Shown piece by piece: positions 1-8,703 of a DNA stretch of 64,000 nt (within the stretch, counting starts at the first letter, position 1; every line of letters starts with the position of its first letter). The notes under the pieces are model-generated. The model worked only from the letters and a program-made list of their open reading frames with translations. It searched no databases and had not been told where the DNA came from. The stretch is from Polyangia bacterium. Lineage in GTDB: Bacteria > Myxococcota_A > Polyangia > Palsa-1104 > JAEUJZ01. The stretch lies in NCBI GenBank assembly GCA_046351595.1, contig JAXLYE010000005.1, forward strand, positions 788,735 to 852,734, in the 5' to 3' direction. A program made the translations under genes and the position numbers.

Positions 1-1058
1 CGCCCGAGATCTTCGGCCAGCGCCCGCGCCGAGTCGTAGCGCGCGCCGGGCTCTTTCTCCAGGCACTTCTGCGCCACCGCTTCCAGATCGACCGGGATCG
101 TCGGATCGACCTGCCGCAGCGGCTGCGGCTCCTGCACCAGCACCGCCAGAAGGATGTCGACCTCGGACGTCGCGGTATACGGCGACCGGCCGGCCAAAAG
201 CTCGTACAGCGTCACGCCGAGCGCGTAGACATCGGTGCGCCGATCCAGGTGCCGGGTGTCGCCGCGCGCCTGCTCCGGCGCCATGTAGCGCGGCGTCCCC
301 TCGATCACGCCGGCGCCGGTGCGGCTCTGCTCCCCGCTCTCCTGCTCGCGCGCGAGCCCGAAGTCCATCACATAGGGATGGAACTTCCCGTCGAGGGTGC
401 GCTCGATCATGATGTTGCTCGGCTTGATATCGCGGTGGATCAGCCCCTGCCGGTGCGCCGCGTGCATCGCCTCGGAGACGAGCTGCAGGGTGCGGACCTT
501 TTCGAGCTCGGACATCTCGGCCTGCGCGCGGTGCAGCGGCTGACCCGCGATGAGCTGCATGATGATGTACGGCGGCCCGGGCTCGCCGTCGCGGCTCGGC
601 AGCTCGCCGATCTCGAAGACCTTGCAGATGTGCGGGTGCGACATCGCCGCCTGCAGCCGCGCCTCGCGCAGGAAGCGCCGCACCAGGGCCGCGCTCGCGG
701 TCGGCGAGTGGCGCAGCCCGGGGCGGATGATCTTCAGCGCCACCATCCGGTTGAGCCGCGGATCGCGCGCCTTGTACACCGCGCCCATGCCGCCGGCCCC
801 CAATAGCTCCAGGACCTCGTAGCGATCCCAGTCGCGCAGCGCCGCCGGGATGGCCGCGGCGAGCGGCGGCACGGGCAGCGCGTCTTGCGTCTCGTCCGCG
901 TCGCTGCCGGTCTGCGTGCGCGCGGCGGCCGGGCCGGTCGCGGTGACCGCGCCGCCGCCGGATTGCGGGCCGGAGCGCGGGGTCGGAGCGCTCGCGGACA
1001 GAATCCCGCTCGCGGTCACGCCGAGCGCGTCTCCCCGTCCAGGGTTCGCCCGGTCCAT
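1..1058 (-). CDS. Serine/threonine protein kinase. The N-terminal catalytic domain is in the window; the 3' end of the gene lies beyond the window start.
   Basis: Minus-strand translation from the ATG at 1058 gives a GxGxxG loop (LGAGGMGAVYKA), VALK, HRDIKPSN, DFG and TPRYMAPE motifs. GC3 is strongly high. It sits 1 bp downstream of the ADYC lipoprotein gene, so the two are probably an operon. Confidence 0.85.
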   Translation of the reverse strand, partial: MDRANPGRGDALGVTASGILSASAPTPRSGPQSGGGAVTATGPAAARTQTGSDADETQDALPVPPLAAAIPAALRDWDRYEVLELLGAGGMGAVYKARDPRLNRMVALKIIRPGLRHSPTASAALVRRFLREARLQAAMSHPHICKVFEIGELPSRDGEPGPPYIIMQLIAGQPLHRAQAEMSELEKVRTLQLVSEAMHAAHRQGLIHRDIKPSNIMIERTLDGKFHPYVMDFGLAREQESGEQSRTGAGVIEGTPRYMAPEQARGDTRHLDRRTDVYALGVTLYELLAGRSPYTATSEVDILLAVLVQEPQPLRQVDPTIPVDLEAVAQKCLEKEPGARYDSARALAEDLG

Positions 1059-1059
1059 G

Positions 1060-2073
1060 TCAGTACAGCGCGATGTTGAGGCCGGACTGGTTGTCCATGC
1101 GCACGCTGCTGCGCGCAAGGTCCGTGCGCTTGACGCCGCAGACGTCCAGCGGATCGACGGGGCTGGTCTCGAGCAGCGGGAACAGGTCCAGGAACTTGAG
1201 CTTGCACGCAAGCGTCACGGTCAGAAGCTGCGAGAGCTTGAGCCAGCGATCCTTGGTCATGCAGTACGCCCCCTGCGGCGTCCAGGCCGCGTCGAAGACC
1301 AGCGGCGACAGCGGATCCGGCGGCGACTTCACCTGGATCTGCAGGTTGTCGTAAAGGTCGATGAGGGTGCCGCTGGCGGTGTGGCTGGTGCCGTCGCCGC
1401 AGTAGTCGGCGCGGGCCATGCGCGTGCAGGTCTGGTGGTAGTCCGCGAGCGACACGCCGTTCACGCTCTTCCACGGCCGGTATCCCCAGCGCACGCACTT
1501 GGCGACCACGCCGCTCGTGCAGCCGAACATGAACTGCGTGGCCGAGCCGATGTGCGCGCCGGTGCTGTCCCAGGTGCCGGAGACCGGTGTCGCCCACTGC
1601 TGGCCCCAGGGGTCCGGGGCGCACAGGTTCTCGACGGCGCCGGTGCTGGCGTTGTGGGTCGTGAGGGTGTAAAGGAGGATCTCGCCCGTGGCATCCTGCG
1701 GATCGCTCTGCACGTTCTCGATGGTTGACGTGAACGTGCTGCCGTCCGGGTTCTGCTGCGTGACGGTCGCGCCGATGAAGTCCGTGCCCGCGATCTGCGC
1801 GCCTCCCAGAGTCCCGACCAGCACCGTGCCCGCGAGGTGGACGTCGGTGACCGGGGCTCCGGCCAGGCTGACCTGCAGCACCGTGGCGACCGCGGTGTCG
1901 CTCCCCTGCAGGCCGCGGCCCTGCAGCCCGCGGCCCTGCAGCCCGTAGCCGGCCTGCCGCGTCTCGCCCAGGGTGTCCGTCGCGCCCGCGGGCAGCGCGC
2001 CCGGTGCGCCGTCCGAGCACGCGGGCAAGAGCAGCGCCAACGGAGAGAGCAGCAGCGAGAGGAACTTCGCCAT
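1060..2073 (-). CDS. ADYC-domain lipoprotein with a short pentapeptide-like repeat linker.
   Basis: Start MAKFLSLLLSPLALLLPAC gives a signal peptide with a lipobox. An AAAGGGGG RBS lies upstream. The C-terminal region carries CVRWGYRPW...ADYCGDGTSHT, the motif the ADYC family is named for. It is a paralogue of 55674..56711. Confidence 0.75.
   Translation of the reverse strand: MAKFLSLLLSPLALLLPACSDGAPGALPAGATDTLGETRQAGYGLQGRGLQGRGLQGSDTAVATVLQVSLAGAPVTDVHLAGTVLVGTLGGAQIAGTDFIGATVTQQNPDGSTFTSTIENVQSDPQDATGEILLYTLTTHNASTGAVENLCAPDPWGQQWATPVSGTWDSTGAHIGSATQFMFGCTSGVVAKCVRWGYRPWKSVNGVSLADYHQTCTRMARADYCGDGTSHTASGTLIDLYDNLQIQVKSPPDPLSPLVFDAAWTPQGAYCMTKDRWLKLSQLLTVTLACKLKFLDLFPLLETSPVDPLDVCGVKRTDLARSSVRMDNQSGLNIALY
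1906..1950. repeat. 15-bp tandem repeat x3 encoding GLQGR units inside the ADYC lipoprotein gene.
   Basis: ctgcaggccgcggcc / ctgcagcccgcggcc / ctgcagcccgtagcc is read directly in the sequence. Confidence 0.6.
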
Positions 2074-3447
2074 GACGACCCCCTTTGCCTGCAGAAGCTC
2101 TGCAGATCGGCTGAAGTACACAAGCACCGGACTTGTCCGGTGCAAGACCCGGCGCGCGGGAAGCGCGGCCCAGGAAGATAGAAGACGCGGCGCTCCTACG
2201 GCCTGGCAGGGGCACGGGAGAGTGCCCCCTGTAAAGGAACGCTGGACAGACCGAGCGGACCGGCCTGCGCTCGTGGCGAGTACCGGCCGGCTCTGCCCTC
2301 GGGTTCGGTGCGCACCGCGATGTTACGAGCGGCGCGAGAGTCGCTGCTGCCTGGTCCTCGGACGTTGACGACTACACGGCGGCACCGGGCCTGCACCACG
2401 ACCCTGCGGCCGTGAGCACGCCCCGCGCCCAACCTTACCCTCTCGGAGGTCCACCCAGAGACTCGGGACGGACTCCGGGACGGATCCGGACTCCCTGCAT
2501 TGGTGGCTCCCCCGTTATGCCCCTTCCCAACAGGAACCATGAAGGAGCCCTCCCAGAGTGTCAAATGAATTTTCCGCGCCAGGAATCTTCCAGCCCGGAT
2601 GGAAAATACGGAGCGCTGTTCCGTAATCGTACTTGGGAGTCTGTCTGTTCGGTACATCGCCTCATCGGGAGTTCCCGGGGCGGCCGATCGCTCGGAACCC
2701 GCTCCGAACCCGCTCGGAGCCCGCTCGCCGTCGAGAGCGTCTCTGCGCGACGGGGTTCTGCTTGAGCAGACAGGGTTCCGTTCGAGCAGAAATGGGGTCT
2801 GTTCCAGCAGACATGGGCGCTCGCGCCGATGCACTGGACCGGTAGCGCATCCCGCGCACTGCCCGTTTCATTCCCGACTCCGAACGGACTCGGAGCCGTG
2901 CGCGCGCCGCCGGCAGACTCCGGACCGTGCACTCTGTCCCTCCATCCGGACGTCTGCCGCGCACAGGAACCCCGGATCAGGAGCTCCAGAATGCGCCGCG
3001 GGCGCGGAAGGAAACCCGCGCCGGGCTCCCTCTGGGAGATGCGGGAACCCCGCGCAGGTCCTGGCAGTGCGTGTACGGGCGCGGGCCCGGGCCAGCGCAA
3101 CGTTTCCTAAGGTCGCCCAGGTCGCAGCCGGCGTCGCCCGCAGGCCGGCTCGCGGCCGCGGCGCCCGATCGGCTCCGCCCGCAGCGACCGGGCGGTCTGA
3201 TCACCTCCAGCCCCTCCAACTCCCTCCGCCGCTTCGTTTCTCTGCGCCTCTTTTCGCTTCGCTTCTGCCGGCTTCCTCCGCCTCCCTCCGGCCTGGCGGC
3301 CGGTTCCGGATCGTCCTGGCTCCGGGCCGCGCGCAAATGTGCGATCCGGATGGCATCGCAGCCCGGTCGAAGAAGCCGCATGACAGGCGGGCTGCTCCGC
3401 CCTGAAGATGGTCCTCTCATCCCCCTTCAGGATCAGGAGGCCTGCGT

Positions 3448-4173
3448 ATGTCCCTCGCCAAGCGCTGCGTCGCGGAGCTCGTTGGTACGTTCTGGCTGGT
3501 GTTCGGAGGCTGCGGTGCGGCCGTGCTCGCGGCGGCGTTCCCACATGTCGGAATCGGACTCCTGGGAGTCTCCCTCGCCTTCGGACTCACCGTGCTCACC
3601 ATGGCGTACGCGGTCGGCCACATCTCGGGGTGCCACCTGAACCCGGCAGTCACCGTCGGATTGGTGACCGGGAGCCGCTTCCCGGCGCGCGAGCTCGTCC
3701 CCTACGTACTCATGCAGGTGCTCGGCGGCATCCTGGGCGCGGGTCTGCTCTACGTAATCGCCTCGGGCAAGGCCGGCTTCAGCCTGGCCGGAGGTTTTGC
3801 GTCCAACGGCTACGGCGAGCACTCTCCGGGCGGCTACTCCCTGGTCGCGTGCCTGACCGCCGAGGTGGCGCTGACCTTCATGTTCCTGGTCATCATCCTG
3901 GGCTCCACGCACGGCCGCGCACCGAGCGGCTTCGCGCCGATCGCCATCGGCCTTGGGCTGACCCTCATCCACCTGATCGGGATCCCGGTGACCAACCTGT
4001 CGGTCAACCCGGCGCGCAGCACCGGGCCGGCGCTGCTCGTCGGCGGCTGGGCGCTCAAGCAGCTGTGGCTGTTCTGGGTCGCGCCGATCGCGGGCGCGGC
4101 GCTGGCGGGCTGGTTCTACGGCTGGCTGTCGCCCGGCTCGACCGAGGAGCCGGACGTCCGCGGCCGGGCCTGA
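3448..4173 (+). CDS. aqpZ: Aquaporin Z (MIP family water channel).
   Basis: 241 aa with two NPA boxes (HLNPAVT, NPARS) and six TM segments. An AGGAGG RBS lies 8 nt upstream of the ATG. Confidence 0.9.
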   Translation: MSLAKRCVAELVGTFWLVFGGCGAAVLAAAFPHVGIGLLGVSLAFGLTVLTMAYAVGHISGCHLNPAVTVGLVTGSRFPARELVPYVLMQVLGGILGAGLLYVIASGKAGFSLAGGFASNGYGEHSPGGYSLVACLTAEVALTFMFLVIILGSTHGRAPSGFAPIAIGLGLTLIHLIGIPVTNLSVNPARSTGPALLVGGWALKQLWLFWVAPIAGAALAGWFYGWLSPGSTEEPDVRGRA

Positions 4174-4464
4174 TTCCGCGCTTCATGTTCCGCTACGGAC
4201 CGCAGCTGCTCGGCGTGCCTCCGGATTGAGCTCGCCTCCGCTCCCTTCCTGCACGGAATCGCAGCGCGCGGACATTACCTCTGCGAGCGGAGGTCGCCGT
4301 CTGTCTCCTCTCTCTGGGGACGAGCGTCCGGATCACTGAGCCCCGCCTCCGTCTGCGCAGAGGCGCGCAGCGGCCCGGATTCCGGAGTCAACGTGCGCAG
4401 CCCGCATGGCCCGCATGGTAGGATGAGGGCGGTCAGCCTGTGCGCTTGACCTGCGTGCCTGCCG

Positions 4465-5184
4465 ATGAGCCGATCCCGGTCGCAGCCCTCCAAGTCTCTG
4501 CCGGAGAGAGATCCGCGCGCGCTCATCGGCAGCACCATCGCCGGTCGCTACCAGGTCGAGGCGCTGCTGGGCAAGGGCGGCATGGGCAGCGTCTACCGGG
4601 TGCAGCACCTGGCTATCCGCAAGCCCATGGCGCTGAAGGTGCTGTCCGACAAGATGATGAGCGTGCCGGCCGTGGTCGCGCGCTTCGAGCGCGAGGCGAC
4701 GCTGGCCGCGCACCTGGACCACCCGCACGTCGTCTCCGCCTCGGACTTCGGCCGCACCGAGGACGGCCGCTTCTACCTCGTCCTGGAGTACGTAGAGGGC
4801 AAGGAGCTGCGCGACCTACTCGACGAGCTGGGCGGCCCGCTGCCACCGGTGCGCGCTTTCTACATCGCGCGCCAGATCGCCAGCGCCCTGACCCGCGCCC
4901 AGTCGCTGGGCATCGTGCACCGCGATCTGAAGCCCGAGAACGTCATGCTCGTGCGGCGGGATGGGCATGAGGACTACGTGAAGGTGCTCGACTTCGGGCT
5001 GGCGCTGCTGTCGCGGCACCTCGAGTCGACCGGCGGGGATGAGCACACGGTCGAGACCGCGCCCAAGATCACGCAGGTCGGTGAGATCTTCGGGACGCCG
5101 GCGTACATGGCGCCGGAGCAGACCATCGGCGCGGCGACCGACATCCGCACGGATCTGTATGCGCTCGGCGTGGTGCTGTACGAG
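4465..5184 (+). pseudogene. Ser/Thr protein kinase, N-terminal about 240 aa (through subdomain IX). The gene is interrupted after ...DLYALGVVLYE.
   Basis: Motifs GKGGMGSVYRV, ALK, HRDLKPEN, DFG, GTPAYMAPE and DLYALGVVLYE are present. The protein-like sequence stops abruptly at about 5185 and is replaced by unrelated, locally AT-richer sequence. The matching C-terminal lobe is at 28308..29064. Confidence 0.7.
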
Positions 5185-5199
5185 GAGCACTCCTCCGTC

Positions 5200-6125
5200 G
5201 AGAACTGCCGAAAATCATTCCCCAAGGCGATGCAACGGCTTGCAGGTCAAGGGCGTAGGGTTGGGGAACGGCTGTCCAGCGCGAGAGTGGTGTGAGAGGC
5301 TGGTCGAGGTGCAGCGGCTTGCCCGCGCTCTGCCAGACCGCTTCCTGCAGATCCCCAAGCAGCTACTCCAGCTTCCCATCAAAGACCGTGTTCAGCCGCT
5401 TCCATCCGCCGTGCACCTGGAACTGCCCCTCGTCGAGAGAGGCTCGGCCGACCAGGCACTCGCTCTGCAGCTTCTTCGCGATGCGATCCAGCCACTGCTT
5501 CTGGATGTCCGTGAAGCGACCACGCGAAAGGAGCCGCTGCACCGCGCGCCGCACCCGCTCCTCATACGGGACCAGCGGCTCGCCGCGGGCCTGCTGGCGG
5601 ATGTGGCCGAGGATCGACGCGACGATGTCCTGGTTCTTGGCCAGGCGCCAGGCCGTGCGCAGCTGCGCCTCGGTGTAGCCGTCCTCCGCGAGCTTGAGCT
5701 GCAGCTCGCGCAGCGCCTGTCGTGTGAGCTCGCGCGGCCGCTGCGTGATGACCCAAGCGCGGGCAGCTCGTTCATGGGGTCGCGCAGGTAGCGGCCGAAG
5801 GACTCCAGGTAGTCGTCCGGCCGGCTGCTGCCGCCCTTGCCGTAGCCGCGCTCGACGGCGACGATCTGATCCTCGCGCTCGGACAGGACGACCGCGCCGC
5901 GATCCCTGTGGTCGGCAGATCCACGGTCACCGCGATCGTCGGCTCGCGCTCGTTGCGGGAGCGGCGCAGGTGCTGACCCGGCCGATCACCGAGCCCGTGA
6001 TCTTCGCGACCGTGTCATCCGTGCCATCGGGATAGCGCGTCGCCAGCGAGCGCTTGAGCTGCGCGACGACACAGCGCGCGTGCTCGTCGTTCACGCAGAA
6101 CACCAGCGTCTTGCCCGGCAGCGCC
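5200..6125 (-). pseudogene. hsdR: Type I restriction enzyme R subunit (HsdR) remnant: C-terminal helicase motif region plus EcoEI_R_C-like tail. It carries frameshifts and an in-frame TAG.
   Basis: Minus-strand translation gives KTLVFCVNDEHA...KITGSV...RNEREPTIAVTVDLPTTGI... (helicase motifs V/VI), but only when the reading frame is switched several times. The tail reads ...RFTDIQKQWLDRIAKKLQSE...FQVHGGWKRLNTVFDGKLE(TAG)ELLGDLQEAVW. The N-terminal roughly 700 aa are absent. Confidence 0.6.
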
Positions 6126-6750
6126 GGATCAAGTGACCGGCCAGGCAGCCGCGCAGGTCGTCATGAAAGACGTGCTCGGCCAGCGCCCCAGTCTCGGCCA
6201 GCAGCCGGTCGGTGCGGGCCAGGAACCCGGAGTTGGGCGACGCGGCGGCGAGATCTCGGTTCATGAGCTGCGCGCCGGCGGTGGCCATGCGGCTCCAGGC
6301 GGCGTCGCGCGTGACCTCGTTGAAGGTGCCCGATGCGTCGGTGACCACGAACACCTCGAACCCCTCGGCCAGCGCCGACAGGGTCGGGAAGGCCACGCAG
6401 ACCTCGGTCACGACGCCGGCGATCACGAGCTGCTTCTTCCCCGTGGCCTTGACCGCGCGCACAAAGTCCTCGTTGTCCCAGGCGTTGATCTGGCCGGGGC
6501 GCGCAATGAAGGGAGCGTTCGGGAAGATCTGCTTGAGCTCCGGCACGAGCGGCCCGTTCGGACCGTCCTCGAAGCTCGTGGTCAGGATGGTCGGCAGCTC
6601 GAAGTACCGGGCCAGATCGGCCAGCGCGAGCACGTTGTTCTTGAACCGGTCGGGATCGAAGTCGCGCACCAGCGACAGCAGCCCGGCCTGGTGATCGACC
6701 AGCAGGACGGCGGCGTTGTTCTTATCGAGGCGGGTGTAGGGCTTGCTCAT
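6091..6750 (-). CDS. Isochorismatase-family hydrolase (YcaC-like).
   Basis: MSKPYTRLDKNNAAVLLVDHQ...VIAGVVTEVCVAFPT...FVVTDASGT is the cysteine hydrolase fold signature. An AGGAGAG RBS is present. It is divergent from the LysR gene. The exact 3' end is uncertain because it runs into the hsdR remnant. Confidence 0.8.
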   Translation of the reverse strand: MSKPYTRLDKNNAAVLLVDHQAGLLSLVRDFDPDRFKNNVLALADLARYFELPTILTTSFEDGPNGPLVPELKQIFPNAPFIARPGQINAWDNEDFVRAVKATGKKQLVIAGVVTEVCVAFPTLSALAEGFEVFVVTDASGTFNEVTRDAAWSRMATAGAQLMNRDLAAASPNSGFLARTDRLLAETGALAEHVFHDDLRGCLAGHLIRRCRARRWCSA

Positions 6751-6765
6751 GTCTCTCTCCTGTCT

Positions 6766-6814
6766 TGGGTGGGTCGGGTCCGGGTTCGGGTCCGGGTTCG
6801 GGTTCGGGTCCGAG
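6766..6814. repeat. Hexanucleotide tandem repeat (GGGTYC)n, about 8 units, in the divergent promoter between the isochorismatase and LysR genes.
   Basis: gggtcgggtccgggttcgggtccgggttcgggttcgggtccg is read directly. Confidence 0.6.
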
Positions 6815-6925
6815 GTTGCGCAGGCTCCGAGGAGCTCGACAAGCAGAGAGTACATATGGGACGCTGGGCGCAATAGGTCCAAAAAGTGGCTCTCATCGTC
6901 CTACTGATAGGACAATGAAGCCGTC

Positions 6926-7831
6926 ATGCAGGACCTCAACGATCTCTACTTCTTCGTCCAGGTCGTGGATCACGGCGGGTTTGCGCCGGCCGGCCGCGCG
7001 CTCGGCGTGCCCAAGTCCAAGCTGAGCCGGCGCCTGCTGCTCCTGGAGGAGCGCCTCGGCGTGCGCCTCGTCCAGCGCTCGACCCGCCGCTTCGCGGTGA
7101 CCGAGCTCGGGCGGACCTACTACGGCCACTGCAAGGCCATGCTGGTCGAGGCCGAGGCCGCGCAGGAGGCGATCGATCGGACGCGCACGGATCCCTGCGG
7201 CATCGTGCGGGTGACCTGCCCGGTCGCGCTCCTGGACACCCGCGTCGGCGAGATGCTGGCCGCGTTCATGGCCCAGAACCCGCGCGTCGAGGTGCACCTG
7301 CAGGCCACCAACCGCCGCGTCGATGTCGTCAGCGAGGCGGTGGACGTGGCGATCCGGGTGCGGCCGCCGCCGCTCGAAGACAGCGAGCTTTTGACGCGGG
7401 TGCTGGCCGATCGAGGGCAGTGCCTGGTCGCCAGCCCCGGCCTGCTCGCGTCCGCGCAGGCGCCGCGTGTGCCGACCGACCTGCGCCGCTTCCCCAGCCT
7501 GGCCCTGGGCGCTCCCGAGAACGAGCACGCCTGGCACCTGCTCGGACCCGACGGCGCGCAGGCCGTGATTCCGCATAGGCCGCGCCTCGTCACGCGCGGC
7601 ATGTTCGCGCTGCGCGCCGCGGCGCTCGCGGGCGTCGGGGTGGTGCAGCTGCCGACGATGATGGTCGGTGATCTGCTGGCCCGCGGCCAGCTCGTGCGCC
7701 TGCTGCCGGGCTGGGCGCCGCAGCGCGAGATCGTCCACGCGGTGTTCGCGACGCGCCGCGGCCTGCTGCCCTCGGTGCGGGCCCTGCTCGACTTCCTCGC
7801 CGAGCGGTTCCGCGAGCTGCAGGAGGACTGA
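6926..7831 (+). CDS. LysR-family transcriptional regulator.
   Basis: N-terminal HTH (LNDLYFFVQVVDHGGFAPAGRALGVPKSKLSRRLLLLEERLGVRL) plus a LysR substrate-binding domain. It has the classic divergent arrangement with a neighbouring enzyme gene. Confidence 0.85.
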   Translation: MQDLNDLYFFVQVVDHGGFAPAGRALGVPKSKLSRRLLLLEERLGVRLVQRSTRRFAVTELGRTYYGHCKAMLVEAEAAQEAIDRTRTDPCGIVRVTCPVALLDTRVGEMLAAFMAQNPRVEVHLQATNRRVDVVSEAVDVAIRVRPPPLEDSELLTRVLADRGQCLVASPGLLASAQAPRVPTDLRRFPSLALGAPENEHAWHLLGPDGAQAVIPHRPRLVTRGMFALRAAALAGVGVVQLPTMMVGDLLARGQLVRLLPGWAPQREIVHAVFATRRGLLPSVRALLDFLAERFRELQED

Positions 7832-7883
7832 TCACGCTGCCCGGCACACCGCGACCGCACGGGTCCGTTCGAGAGGAGCCGCG

Positions 7884-8465
7884 CTACTTCTTCGCCCGCA
7901 CCCGGAGCTGCTCGACCAGGCCGAGGCGGTACCAGCCTTTTTGCGCCTGTCCCTCGACGCCGCGCACCAGATAGTGAATGAGCTCGCCGCTCCAGCCGCC
8001 GTCCTTGCCCCGGCGCAGCGCGATGCTCAGCGTCTGCTCGGCGCAGGCGCGCTTGACCGAGACGTCGCCGGGGCACTCGGTGCCGAGCTTGTCGTCGGCG
8101 CAGGTCGGACACAGCGGCGCCGGATCGGTGAGGCGCCCCTGGCCGATCAGCAGGTCCGCCTCGTCGGTGGATAAGAGCTCCAGCTCGAAGGGGATGCGGC
8201 CGCCGGCGGGCACCACGAGGTAGTAGCGGCCCTGGCGCAGCTCCACCGTGCACGGCCGCGGCTTGTAGCTGCCCAGGCCGCACAGGTACGGGCCGACCGG
8301 CATCCGCTGGCCGGGCGAGTCCTTCGTGCCGTTCTCGTACCGGCCCGCCCGCGCGGCACCGCCGGGGGCGAGCACGAGACAGCCGAGCAGACCGAGGGAT
8401 GCACACAGAGCGCGACGGACGGTGCGGGCCACAGGACCTCCTTGGGGAGCGCGGATCGGGCGCAT
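7884..8465 (-). CDS. Secreted cysteine-rich hypothetical protein.
   Basis: An N-terminal signal-peptide-like segment (RRALCASLGLLGCLVLAPGGAARA) is followed by a Cys-rich mature part. No recognisable family. The start codon is uncertain. Confidence 0.45.
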   Translation of the reverse strand: MRPIRAPQGGPVARTVRRALCASLGLLGCLVLAPGGAARAGRYENGTKDSPGQRMPVGPYLCGLGSYKPRPCTVELRQGRYYLVVPAGGRIPFELELLSTDEADLLIGQGRLTDPAPLCPTCADDKLGTECPGDVSVKRACAEQTLSIALRRGKDGGWSGELIHYLVRGVEGQAQKGWYRLGLVEQLRVRAKK

Positions 8466-8703
8466 CAGACAAGGTTCCCGCAGGATCGGCGGGACTGGCT
8501 CGCCTTATCGCAGGACCGCCCACCGCCTCGCCGCTGGGGCTGCGACCCCGCCTGCCCGATCCTGGGCCGCAGGATCCAGCTGAGCGCATGTATCCTACGA
8601 GATCACTGTCGAAAAAACTCGCCATCTAAAAAGGTCGGCTTTTGAAGTAGAACTTGGGAAGTGGGTGGGTCGGCGCGAGGCAGCACGCAAGGGAAGCGAC
8701 GGG

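Noticed and set aside
2196-3405. ORFs of 100-270 aa inside the 2150-3447 region.
   Set aside because: Arg/Pro/Ser-rich, with no start context and no motifs. The region is treated as non-coding.
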